A stretch of DNA of 64,000 nucleotides from Squalus acanthias (lineage: Eukaryota), in NCBI GenBank assembly GCA_030390025.1, contig CM059425.1:168952001-169016000 (forward strand), written 5' to 3'. The position numbers and the translations under genes are program-made. The notes beneath the pieces are model-generated. The model was not told where the DNA came from and searched no databases. It saw only the letters and a program-made list of their open reading frames with translations. Positions within the stretch are counted from its first letter, which is position 1; each line of letters opens with the position of its first letter. This document shows positions 12,730 through 24,107 of this stretch, piece by piece.

Positions 12730-13360
12730 ATGGGTGCTGTTTATGCTGTGTTAGATTGGACCTCAGATGAGGACCAAGATGACCAGCAGCAGCACCAGCA
12801 ACAGCTTGCTGCTCACAGACCTGCATCTCCACATGAGAGGGGATCAGCAGAGAGGTGCAGCTCGCAGGAGTCCATACCCAGCACACAGGGTCTACAGGCA
12901 GAGGATAAGCTTCCTCAACATGTCTGAACACCAGTGTCTCAGGAGGCTCAGGGTGTCGTGCCAGGTGGTGGCAGACATTTGCAGCTTGCTGGAACAAGAC
13001 CTGCTGCCAGCTGGACCTGGTGGCCACGCTTTACCAGTGGCTGTCAAAGTCACCACCGCCCTTAACTTTTTTGCCTCTGGATCCATCCATGGATCTGCTG
13101 GAGGCATTTGCAGGATCTCTCAGTTGGTGGCACACAGATGCATAAAACAGATGGCTGATGACTTGTTTGCCAGGGCTGTCAAATATGTCAACTTTGCCTG
13201 TGAAGACGCCAGTCAGAATGAGCAGGCGCTCGGGTTTGCGGCTCTGGCTGGCTTCCCACAGGTGCAGGGCGTCATCGACTGCGCACACATAGCAATCTGG
13301 GCACCCCCAGAACAACCAAGAATATTTGTCAACCGCAAGGGCTTCCACTCCATCAATGCT
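12730..13360 (+). pseudogene. Harbinger (HARBI1-like) DDE transposase, N-terminal half
   Basis: RVYRQRISFLNMSEHQCLRRLR...KVTTALNFFASGS...GFPQVQGVIDCAHI...NRKGFHSIN. Confidence 0.88.
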
Positions 13361-14878
13361 GTAAGGGCCCAGAGGGAGATACTCTTTCCTAGTGACGCGA
13401 GGAAGAAGCCTGCTGCTGAAGGCGTGGTTGGAGGTTGCCAGAGAGGTCAGCAGGTGAGGTGGGGTGGGGCAATAGTGCCTCTGCGCATTAAAATCCAGCC
13501 CTCTGGCTCTCTGAATAATGGTAATGCCACCTGTAAGATTTTTTTTTTAAAGATTTGTTGTGCTGTACTGTAGTGTGCATATTGTAATGAAGCAAATGAC
13601 AAATATGCTTTCAGTTATCCATAAAAACTGATCATTTTTACAGTACTGTAATTGCAATCCAGTTTGCATTCCATTATTAGCTTCTTGCCAAACCTAATAC
13701 AACAGTTAAAATGGATAAACTAATAGAATGGTTAAGTGAATAAAATTACTTGGCAAAATCAATATTCATTTAACTGTTTTGCACTAATTTTGTTGTAACT
13801 GGTCTAACAAATTTTATGCTCAAGACTTGAAAAAAGGGAAAAAATTGAGTTTATGGGATTATGCCAAAATTCTGGTGCTGATTATCTGACTAACTTGATG
13901 GATCATCCTATGGTACTAAGTAATGGGCATCAAGTTTTCAATATTTTGAACTATTAAGCCCAATGATGACCTCTGCATAGGGAGATCTCCTATTCATAAA
14001 ACCGACTAAACAACATGCAGAATAACTGTTTATTTTATTTGGATTAGGTATGAATTAAGTCAGGTTACCTCAGTTTATTTACTAGTGTATCTCCAGTAGT
14101 ACTGCTGGTAAGTTTGTATGGATCAGGCTCTTACCTCTGCCATAATGCTGCTCTTAGCCAGTGCTCTGCCATTGAAAGTATGCAGTGCAGGTGTTGAGGC
14201 AGTACCATGGCAGCTGTTTTTCTTCTTCAAATCGGAGACTAGAGCTTGAATTTGGGATAGAAAAGTAAGGTGGGCTGGAAGATCTTCCTGCCGCTGTTGC
14301 CCTGACCTGTGCTCAGGTGCTGCTGCAGCATGGGCACAAGGATCAGGAAGCAGAAACTGGAGCTTGGGGGTGGCAAGGAGCAGTGTGTTGGGCAGGGTCA
14401 GGCTAGGATGGGGTAGTAGATTCAGGCCTGGTGCTGAGGCTGAAGAGTGAGCTGGGAGATCACAGAGGCTTGGGCTAGTGGGGTGGAGAGCAACAGGACT
14501 GCAGCGCCTCAGGCTACAGCAGGCCTGAGATAGGAGTGGGACCAATTGAGATTGGACCAGTTTGGAGCTGGGCTTGAGCAAGAGCTGAGTGTCACCCAAG
14601 GCTGGAACATTGCTACATGGCTCGAGAGTGGAACAGGATCTCAGTGAGGCTCGAGGCTGTGGGCAGTGAACTGTAATAATGACAACATCAAATGTGATGA
14701 TTGGTTCATCTGTTGTGGAATATAATTAGTGAGATAATCAGTGAGAAAGCAGAAAAACAAACTCAACCAATCAGGAAGAAGAAAATTAAACATTAGATAT
14801 ATTTTTATTAACGTAGCCTATACCAATATTTTGAATAATGTATAGAAATTGAGTAGAACAATGCATAGCAAGGATATT

Positions 14879-15664
14879 GGGCTGGAATTTGCAGTGGGTA
14901 ATAACAGGGAACGAACAGCGTTCGCCATTATTACCCCTTTGAAACTGACTGCAACTTCAGGATGTAGCGCATGCGCATCCTAACGTGGAAATCCTGAAGT
15001 TGCAGTCAGTCATTCATTGTTCCAACACTGGCTGCGCTGTGCCCCTGCCCCCATAGCTGGAAATCAATGTAATCAGTGAAACTGACAAAAACTTGGGCTT
15101 TTCCACAGTAATATTGCTGTTAAATACCCCATTAAATGTTGGGCCTTGTTGGATTAGATGTAATTGGAATTGTAACAGCGTATTGACTGCTAAACAAATG
15201 TTATGGCCCTGAAAAACTCACTTCAATTTTGTGGAGTGTCAAATTTCTCCATTATGATAAATATTACAATTTTTTGAGAAACTTTCAAAAAAAACATTTT
15301 TTAAAGTTTGTACATGATATTTCAGGTTCTACCTTCTACCCATGTGAGAGCCCCAATCTTTGTTTTGCTCTCTAACATTTTAAATTCAGGATAAAAGCAG
15401 GTTCTCATTTCCTGGTTCCCTGTCTGTGAGAATTCTGCAATATGATTAGCTGTTTAGACAGCTTGTTGACGTCACAGCAGATCGCACCAGGAAATCCCCA
15501 TTATACTCCACTGAAATAACTTGTACGTCGAAAAGGCAAACTTCTCGCCACAGCGATTGCAAGATCTCTAGGCAGCTTTCTTTGGGGCCAGCGGCGAAGC
15601 AAAGGCTTTCGCCGCTAGCCCCAAAGAACGCCTTTGCTTCGCCGCTGACCACAAATTCCGTGCC
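14879..15664. mobile_element. Non-autonomous TIR element (MITE), inverted homologue of the 1427-5801 element
   Basis: TIRs gggctggaatttgc / acaaattccgtgcc; internal blocks are reverse complements of parts of 1430-1900 and 5590-5790. Confidence 0.65.
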
Positions 15665-15751
15665 AATACTGTTCCAGCTGTCAGCTCATTTTAGAATAGA
15701 GTTTTAAATTTACAATTTTAACTATAATTGTTGTCCATTTTAGTGTTTGAG

Positions 15752-15816
15752 TGTCAGCCAGTGGCTCAGTTGGTAGCCCCCTCGCCTCTGAGTGAGAAGG
15801 TTGTGGGTTTAATCCC
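15752..15816 (+). mobile_element. tRNA-derived SINE head fragment
   Basis: A-box tggctcagttgg and degenerate B-box gggtttaatccc. Confidence 0.6.
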
Positions 15817-16359
15817 ATTTGGGTTAAATGCTAAGTTACGTGTTAAATGCACCGTTACTGGAAGTATCTAAGAGGTTTTTCTTTTCCCTGAAGACAAGGT
15901 GACTCCATTTCAGGAGTTAGGGCAATGAGTGGAAATAAGAATCTTGGAGCATGTATTATGTCTTTAATTGTGAATTTTTGATTATTGTGCTGTTTTGGGT
16001 CTGGAACTGGGTACTAAACCATGTGGTGGTGATGGACTTTTGGGCCTTCATAATTATGGAACTGTGATTATTTTAATTGAGGAAAGAGCAAGCCTTGCAG
16101 TCACTGCAGTCAGAGGCACGCTTGGCAAATTGGCCTGATCTCAAACTCTACCAAACTACAGAAACAGACAGACATCCACAAAATATAAATTCTATTTTGT
16201 CCTAAAACAAAAAACCTAAGCAATTGACCCGTTTCCCACAAATCCATCTTCCACAATGTCAAAATTTACAAATGAGTAGTCTTTAAGGGTTTACAATCCA
16301 TTGTTTGCCCTCCAATAATAAAGGAAACATTGAGGGAAAGAAGGCAAATGAGAAACACT

Positions 16360-17121
16360 GGCCCCAATATTTACTGGGGCGAGGTTATGGTTGGGAAACG
16401 TGGAAGTGTGTGTTTGCCCAAACGCCGTGAAGTTTTAACTCCAGGGCGTGAGATTTTTTTGTTCCCCGCCCAAAAGCCAACCTGATTGGCGGGCTTGGCT
16501 GCCTGTTGGACAGGGAAGGCTGCAGCGCAAGGCCGCAGCCGAGGAGCGGGTAGGTTTCGTGGTGGTTGGCGGTGAGGTCAGGGAGGAAATCGCAGGGGAG
16601 GGAGGTCGGTGATCGGGGGGGGTGGCGGCGGGCAGTGGGTTTATAGGGTTAGTTTGTTTGACCTGGAGGAAACACTCCTGCTCCTCCTGGCCCACAAGCA
16701 GTACTGTAAAGAACATAAGGAATAAGAACAGAAGTAGGCTATACGGCCCCTCGAACCTGCTCCGCCATTCAATAAGATCATGGCTGATCATCGACCTCAA
16801 CTCCATTTTCCCGCACTTAACTTATGGATCCAGCCCTTCTCACCTCCTTTTACCTGCTGGGTTTCCTGAGGCCAGGGAAACCCAGCCGACATGAGTTAAA
16901 ATCAGAAACCTTGTTAAAATGGAGGCACGCAGCCTCCTTTAAAGGTTTCAATGACTGACCCGCCTCCTGAGAGCGGATTGGTCACCCACCCCTTGTCCCA
17001 CCTCCGTTAAAACCAGGAGTGGGTGGATTTGAGGCGGGTTGGGTGCGCGTCTGAAATTTCTAACATTTTTACTTCCCACTCGCCCCAAACCCAGCTGTTT
17101 TTGGGGGTTAAAATTACCCTC
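16360..17121. mobile_element. MITE (Harbinger-type termini) with a CR1 tail inserted at ~16710-16812
   Basis: ggccccaatatttac...gttaaaattaccctc; inverted homologue at 56399-57628. Confidence 0.6.
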
Positions 17122-18263
17122 AGTAACTCCGAATGGGTTTTGGAGAATAATGTTACAGCAATCTCAATATTTGGATACATTTGGAAAACAGTGTAAAGAT
17201 CCAACTGCAGTGGCCTGTGTTGGTTGCAATTCGGATCTTGATCATTGGAAATCGCTTACATATTTTTACATTTTTGCTCCAGCCTCTAAAGAAACTTCTT
17301 TGAAATGTGCTGCTACCCATCCTGCAACTTAAAAATCATTAGATCTCATTCTATTTCCCCCCAGGTATCCCATCCCTATTATGTTTTTTTATTATTTGCT
17401 ATATTTTTCCTGCTAAATAACCCTAATTTATTTTCTCTTTCCCTTATTCAGGTCCATCCAACACTTTTGCAGACAGGAGTGAGAATAACCCACTGCTTAT
17501 TAACCTTCAATTTTCCCCTCTTTCCCAGGTAGAAGCACATGGCCTCTGCTTAATGACGCCTTGTAGAAATGTGTCAGAAAATGACAACTCAGTAACAAAT
17601 AATAGCACTTGCATTTATATAGTACTTCATGACAAAATGTCTCCGAGTGCTTCACACAATGACTTGAAGTACAGTCTATCATGTAGGCAGTTGAGTGAGG
17701 GATTGTATTTCATCCCTCAGTTGTCTTTTTTGTACATTGAAAAGCTATCTGCTTAACAAGGATAACCTAGTGGAGATTAATAGTTCCCACGCTGATCAAC
17801 ACTAGGGTTAGGTCATTACCAGCGGCAACGTCCTTCATTTGAAAGGACAGCTCCCCAAATTGAAGGCCATTGTGCAATCTATTATCTTGTGTTTTGAAGT
17901 GGCAAACTTTTTTTTTAAACCCTCCCAATCTCTATCTAACTGTTTTCACCATAACTCCTGATTCATGATAAGAGTGTTATATTCTTAAGTTGAAAACTGA
18001 CATGAAATGGCATTGCTCAGGATTGAGAAACCAGCCAATGATGCTTATAAATTGTTCTCGTGTTATTGTTGATAAGCTTTGGGATGTGGTCAAAAAAGTT
18101 AAATACTATATGTATTTACTACTTGTAGTTCACATATTGTTAAATGCCATTCATTGTTTGTTGTACAGGAATTGCATTGATGGAATGGGCTAAACCATAG
18201 AATCTCGTGGATAAATAAAAAAAATTTAAATAGTGATGTGATTTCATTCTGCTTTACTTTCAG

Positions 18264-18371
18264 GAGGACAAAGATGAGCAGTGGAAAAGGGCAATGGGCT
18301 ATCTGAACTATGCCAGTGAACTCAATTACATGACTCAGATTGTTATCATGTTGTATGAGGACCCAAACAAG
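18264..18371 (+). CDS. PPIP5K2: PPIP5K2 internal coding exon C
   Basis: tttcag|GAG...AAG|gtaata; 108 nt; [36 protein letters not shown]. Confidence 0.96.
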
Positions 18372-18819
18372 GTAATATGTTTTCTGCATTTTGCTTTTAT
18401 TATTTTCTGTGCTACATTATAATATATCGCAAATTAAGTTTTCCAAAATTAAACTGACGAGTTCAAATTATAAATTACTTTAGTGCTTTTGCAAGGCATA
18501 ATGCATAAGCTTGAAAGATAAATTGGCATTAATTCCTTTTCATGAAAGTGTCTCTAAATATCAGCAAACCTTCTGAGAATTTCATTTCGAAGATCAATAT
18601 TTGATAATGACTTTGAACTAGTCATATGTCTTTATGTAACACAAACAAGCTTAGCTGTATGTAAATACCAGTGGGAAACGATATTTTCCCATGTCCTGTA
18701 AATAAGCTCTGTGCAACTTAGATGTATTTAATTTGGGTTTTATGCAAACACATGGTACTCACACCTGTATGATTACAGTGAAAATTGAGTATCGCCTCAT
18801 TCCTCAATAGCACCATTAA

Positions 18820-19730
18820 TATAAGAACATAAGAATTAGGAGCAGGAGTAGGCCATACGACCGTCGAGCCTGCTCAATAAGATCATGGCCGATCTTTGGC
18901 CTCAACTCCACTTTCCCCCCAATCCCCATATCCCTTGATACCCCGAGAGTCCAAAAATCTACCTGTCTCAGCCTTGAATATACTCAACGACTCAGCATCC
19001 ATAGCCCTTTGGGGTAGAGAATTCCAAAGATTCACAACCTTCGGAGTGAAGAAATTCCTCCTTTCCCAGATAAGGAGACCAAAACTGTGCACAGTACTCC
19101 AGGTGTGGTCTCGCCAAAGGGCTGTAAGTAAGACTTGTACTCTTGTACTCCAAACTCCATGCAATAAAGGCCAACATTCCATTTGCCTTCCTAATTGCTT
19201 GCTGTACCTGCAATGCTAACTTTCTGCGTTTCCAGTACGAGGACACCTAAATCTCTCTGAACACTAACATTTAATAGTTTCTCACCATTTAAAAAAATAT
19301 TCTGCTTTTCTATTCTTCCTACCAAAGTGAATATCCTCACATTATACTCCATTTGCCACCAGATTGCCCACTCACTTAACCTGTCTATATCCCTTTGCAA
19401 GCTCTTTGTGTCCTCCTCACAGCTTATTTTCCCACCTAGCTTTGTATCGTCAGCAAGCTTGGATATATTACTCTCGGTCCCTTCATCTAAGTTATTGATA
19501 TAGATTGTAAATAGCTGAGGCTCTTGCAGTACCCCACTAGTTACAGCCTGCTAATTGGAAAATGACCCGTTTATCACTACTCTCTGTTTTCTGTCCGTTA
19601 CCCAATCCTCGATCCATGCTAATATATTACCCCCTAACCCCATGAGCCCTTATCTTACGTAGCAACCTTTTATGTGGCACCTTATCAAATGCCTTTTGGA
19701 AATCCAAATATACTACTCCACTGGTTCCCC
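18820..19730 (-). mobile_element. CR1 LINE 3' fragment with internal deletions
   Basis: QRDIDRLSEWA, RPHLEYCAQFWSPYL, VVNLWNSLPQ; tail aagaacataag. Confidence 0.88.
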
Positions 19731-19939
19731 TATATCACCAAAGTTCTGATTTGGTCCCTTTTTATGGCAAGGCCTGACTGCTGATTGGTCCCCTTGGCGG
19801 ACAAGACACACCCAGCAGTTTCTCTGGAATGTGTAATGAGATCCTTCCTGCTTATGTAATCAATTACTTTGCAAAGTGTAATTCAAGCCATTCTGATTGC
19901 CTACTCCAGATAGAACAGAGCTCATTTGGAACAGACAGA

Positions 19940-20280
19940 GCCCACCCCACCCCCCCAAACAAGTTCCTGCCCCCACCATCAAGGTCCTGACCTCCCCCCA
20001 AGTGCCTGACATTCTCCCCCTGCCCAAGTGCCTGACCCCCCCCCCGCCCCAAGTTCCTGACCTCCTCTCCCCCCAACCCCCCCACCCAATTTTCTGACCT
20101 CTGTCGCCCGAAGTTTCTGACCTCCCCCAGCCCCGGGTTCCTGACCTTCACCCCTGCCAAGCTCCTCCCACCGCCCGCCCCCCTGTGGATTCTTGACCTC
20201 CCCCTGCCCAAGTTCCAGCCCCCATGGGTTCCACACCTCCCCCAATCAAGTTCCTGACCTTACCCCACCCCCACCCCATG
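19940..20280. repeat. Degenerate C-rich tandem repeat (caagttcctgacc(t)c-like unit)
   Basis: About 10 diverged copies of caagt(t/g)cctgac followed by C-runs. Confidence 0.7.
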
Positions 20281-20525
20281 AATGGGCCATTGTGCGTGGG
20301 TCACGGATTGTTAACAGGTTTATTGGGTATGAAGTGACGAGTGACAGGTTTCTGAGAAATCAACCAGGTCTAGGGGGAGGAGAGGGAGACCATGGTGCGG
20401 GTGTAAAGGGGGTGGGGTTGGAAGAATGTTATCTGGATCACTTTCTCGATCTCATTTCCCCCACCCTCTTTAGACCTGGATCACGTTCTTCCCCCATCCC
20501 CACTGTGCCATCCGTGCTCTTTACA

Positions 20526-22260
20526 CTCCCCCCCCCCCCGCCGAGTTCCTAACCCCCTCTCTCTCCCCCTCTCTCTCCCCCCCCCTCCCTCCTCCCCCCC
20601 TCTCCCTCTCCTCCCCTCCCTTCCCCCCCCCTCTCCCCTCTCCCCTCCCCTCCCTCTTCCCCCTCCCTCTCCCCCCCCTCTCCCCCCTCCCTCTCCCCCT
20701 CCCTCTCCCCCCTCCTCTCCCCCCCTCCCTCTCCCCCCTCCCTCCCCCCTCTCCCCCCCCCCCCTCTCCCCCCCTCCCCCTCCTCCCTCCCCCTCTCCCC
20801 CTCCCCTCCCCCTCCCCTCTCCCTCCCTCCCCCTCCCCTCCCCTCCCCCCCTCCCCCTCCCCCTCTCCCCCTCCCCCTTCCCCTCCCCTCTCCGCCCCTC
20901 TCCCCTCCCCCCTCTCCCCTCCCGCCCCTCTCCCCTCCCCCCTCTCCCCTCCCGCCCCTCTCCCCTCCCGCCCCTCTCCCCTCCCGCCCCTCCCCCCTCC
21001 CGCCCCTCTCCCCTCCCGCCCCTCTCCCCTCCCGCCCCTCCCCCCTCCCGCCCCTCCCCCCTCCCGCCCCTCTCCCCTCCCGCCCCTCTCCCCTCCCGCC
21101 CCTCTCCCCTCCCGCCAGCCTCTCCCCTCCCCTCCCGCCCCTCTCCCCTCCCCTCCCGCCCCTCTCCCCTCCCCTCCCGCCCCTCTCCCCTCCCGCCCCT
21201 CTCCCCTCCCGCCCCTCTCCCCTCCCGCCCCTCCCCCTCCCGCCCCTCCCCCTCCCGCCCCTCCCCCTCTCGCCCCTCCCCCTCCCGCCCCTCCCCCTCC
21301 CGCCCCTCCCCCCTCCCGCCCCTCCCCCCTCCCGCCCCTCCCCCCTCCCGCCCCTCCCCCCTCCCGCCCCTCGCCCCGCCCCCCTCCCGTCCCATGCCCC
21401 CTCCGCCCCTCGCCCCGCCCCCCTCCCGCCCCCTGCCCCCTCCCGCCCCCTCCCGCCCCCTGCCCCCTCCCGCCCCCTGCCCCCTCCCGCCCCCTGCCCC
21501 CTCCCGCCCCCTGCCCCCTCCCGCCCCCTGCCCCCTCCTGCCCCCTCCCGCCCCCTGCCCCCTCCCGCCCCCTGCCCCCTCCCGCCCCCTGCCCCCCTCC
21601 CGCCCCCTGCCCCCTCCCGCCCCCTGCCCCCTCCCGCCCCCTGCCCCCTCCCGCCCCCTGCCCCCTCCCGCCCCCTGCCCCCTCCCGCCCCCTGCCCCCT
21701 CCCGCCCCCTGCCCCCTCCCGCCCCCTGCCCCCTCCCGCCCCCTGCCCCCTCCCGCCCCCTGCCCCCTCCCGCCCCCTGCCCCCTCCCGCCCCCTGCCCC
21801 CTCCCCCCTCCCGCCCCCTGCCCCCTCCCGCCCCCTGCCCCCTCCCGCCCCCTGCCCCCTGCCGCCCCCTGCCCCCTGCCCCCTCCCGCCCCCGCCCCCG
21901 CCCCCTGCCCCCTCCCGCCCCCTCCCCCTCCCGCCCCCTGCCCCCTCCCGCCCCCCCCCTCCTCCCGCCCCTCCCGCCCCCAGCCCCCTGCCCCCTCCCG
22001 CCCCCCCCCTCCTCCCGCCCCTCTCCCTCCCTCTCCCTCTCCCTCTCCCTCACTCTCTCCCTCTCCCTCACTCTCCCCCTCCCCCTCCCCCTCCCTCTCC
22101 CCCCCCTCCCTCCCTCAATCCCTCCCTCAATCCCTCCCTCAATCCCTCCCTCCTCCCTCAATCCCTCCCTCAATCCCTCCCTCAATCCCTCCCTCAATCT
22201 CTCTCCCTCTCCCTCCCCCCCCCCCCCCCCCTTTCCCTCTCTCTCCCCACCCTCCTCTCT
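20526..22260. repeat. 1.7-kb polypyrimidine/C-rich minisatellite array
   Basis: Sub-arrays: pure C/T; ~16-mer cccctcccgcccctct; 17-mer ccccctcccgccccctg; 12-mer ccctccctcaat. Confidence 0.95.
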
Positions 22261-23773
22261 TTCAAGGTCGCAAAAATATTCGTGTGGAAGATCACATCGA
22301 TATTCAGGCAAATGTCCTGGAAGCTCCTTTAGTATAGTCATTGATTTGCAAAAGATAACCCTTCAGTAGCAGGCTCAGGCTCGAGCGGCTGGCAGTATCT
22401 TGGCAACAGGTTCTGCAACATGGTTCGGCCCTACTTCCGACTTCCTCATATATCGGACTGCGCATCCGGATCGAGTGCACATGTGCTGTACCAATCAGGC
22501 GTGCATACGCAGAGGGAGTCAAAAACCACCGTGCAAATAATCCCTCCGTACTTTTATACTCCTTGGAGTCACACCCAAGTTACAAGTGCTGACTCAGCTC
22601 TCTGCTCACACTGATTAGCACCTATTCAAGACAAACATGTATAGCTCACTGACAGGCAGTTTCTATTAACTACAGTTTTTAAAGTTCCAAGTTAAATTCA
22701 AAATGTTAAACTAAATTTCACTTTTTACAGCTAATACTCACCCAGTACCATTCTTCTCCTACAATATTACTTCAGGAAATAGTAATGGTTTATGATTCGA
22801 TCCCCATTTCATTGCAATGTATAAAGTTTTAGAACATTTGATTTCACTTGAATTGAGGAGCACTGATAAATACTGATTTTGACTTGACATTCTCTGGCTC
22901 ACTGGTTTCTATCTCATTTCATCTGTGCTATTCAAACCCCTACACAATTGGTTACGCCCAATTTTGTTAAATGCAGTAAGCTATTTCTCCAGCCTCCATC
23001 CAAAAGAAGAAAAATGCTTATGGAAGACTGTTTTTGTATATAAATGCTTGTTTTTGTCAACTTATTAATAATTACAAGTGAGCCTAACGAAGATAGTAAT
23101 TTCTTTCAAAATGTCTTAACTGCAACTAGTATGCCAATTCAAGTCTAATAAGGAACGGTCATTTTTTAAAGTGAGAATGTTTTGTACAGTGCACAGGATA
23201 CTGTACTCAAAATATTTTTAAGATTGTTTTCCATAAAATACTATGTTTCAGTTTAAATATTTTGTTAACATATTTAAAATGTATATCTTTAATTTAAAAT
23301 AGTATATCCTGTGTATGGTAAGATAATTACTTAGTAAAGTACCTGGATTGGTACTCCATCTTGGGCTTGAAAAGATTTGTTTATTTACCCTTTACTTCTT
23401 TCATAACATGGAATTATTATATATATCAGAGCTAAGAGTGCAGTATTGCAGCAGTTGAAATAGCATTAAATAGTACCATACCATTTCAGCCACTTTGCTG
23501 TAGGGAACCATTGAACAGAGGCCAGGTATTTCCCGACAGTTGTCCCTGGGCTACTGCTACAGATCATCTGATGGCTTGTCAGAGTGGCATTAGTAAAGGC
23601 CAAGGAAGAAATTGCTCATCTGCCTTCCTGGCCAGAGTTGGTGCAAGGCCAAGGGAATAGGAAGAAAAATAGAGAGAGGTTACCCTCAAATACAAAATTC
23701 TTTTGAAAATTAAATATTTAATTTTTCTCGTTTAGCCTTACAGATACTTGTTTCTCATTACTTTAACTTTCAG

Positions 23774-23890
23774 GACCCTTCTTCAGAGGAACGCTTTCAT
23801 GTTGAATTACACTTCAGCCCTGGTGCTAAAGGGTGTGAGGAAGATAACAATCTTCCATCAGGTTTTGGATACAGACCAGCCTCTCGTGAG
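23774..23890 (+). CDS. PPIP5K2: PPIP5K2 internal coding exon D
   Basis: tttcag|GAC...GAG|gtactc; 117 nt; [39 protein letters not shown]. Confidence 0.96.
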
Positions 23891-24107
23891 GTACTCATTT
23901 TTGTGATGATTGTTATATTGAGTTGTTTGTATTTTGAGAAAAAATGTTCTTAATATGTTGACCAATGTCGAATCTAATAATTGTGGTCGCATTTATGTAT
24001 TAGATTTAATATCAAATTGTTGTCTTGTACTCCCATTTTTCTGGCAGTGAATTCTTTAACACTAATCTAAGTTATCAGGCTAGTTAAACTGACATCGGTA
24101 AGGAGCT

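Larger units (their letters stand above)
8717..13501 (+). mobile_element. Internally deleted PIF/Harbinger transposon interrupted by a CR1
   Basis: Termini gggggagttttaa / ttaaaatccagccc; HARBI1-like transposase fragment inside; boundaries inferred. Confidence 0.6.

Noticed and set aside
14123..14660. 158-aa minus-strand ORF in a GC-richer segment
   Set aside because: No recognisable motif or splice pattern; origin unresolved
15752..15816. Possible tRNA gene (also 35160-35248)
   Set aside because: A/B boxes only, no complete cloverleaf; these are SINE heads
19940..20280. CRISPR-like repeat-spacer array
   Set aside because: Degenerate units with poly-C spacers in a vertebrate intron; no cas genes
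20481..22341. Long Gly/Arg/Glu- and Pro-rich ORFs (304, 606 and 312 aa)
   Set aside because: Stop-free by-products of the C-rich array in several frames; no domain signal
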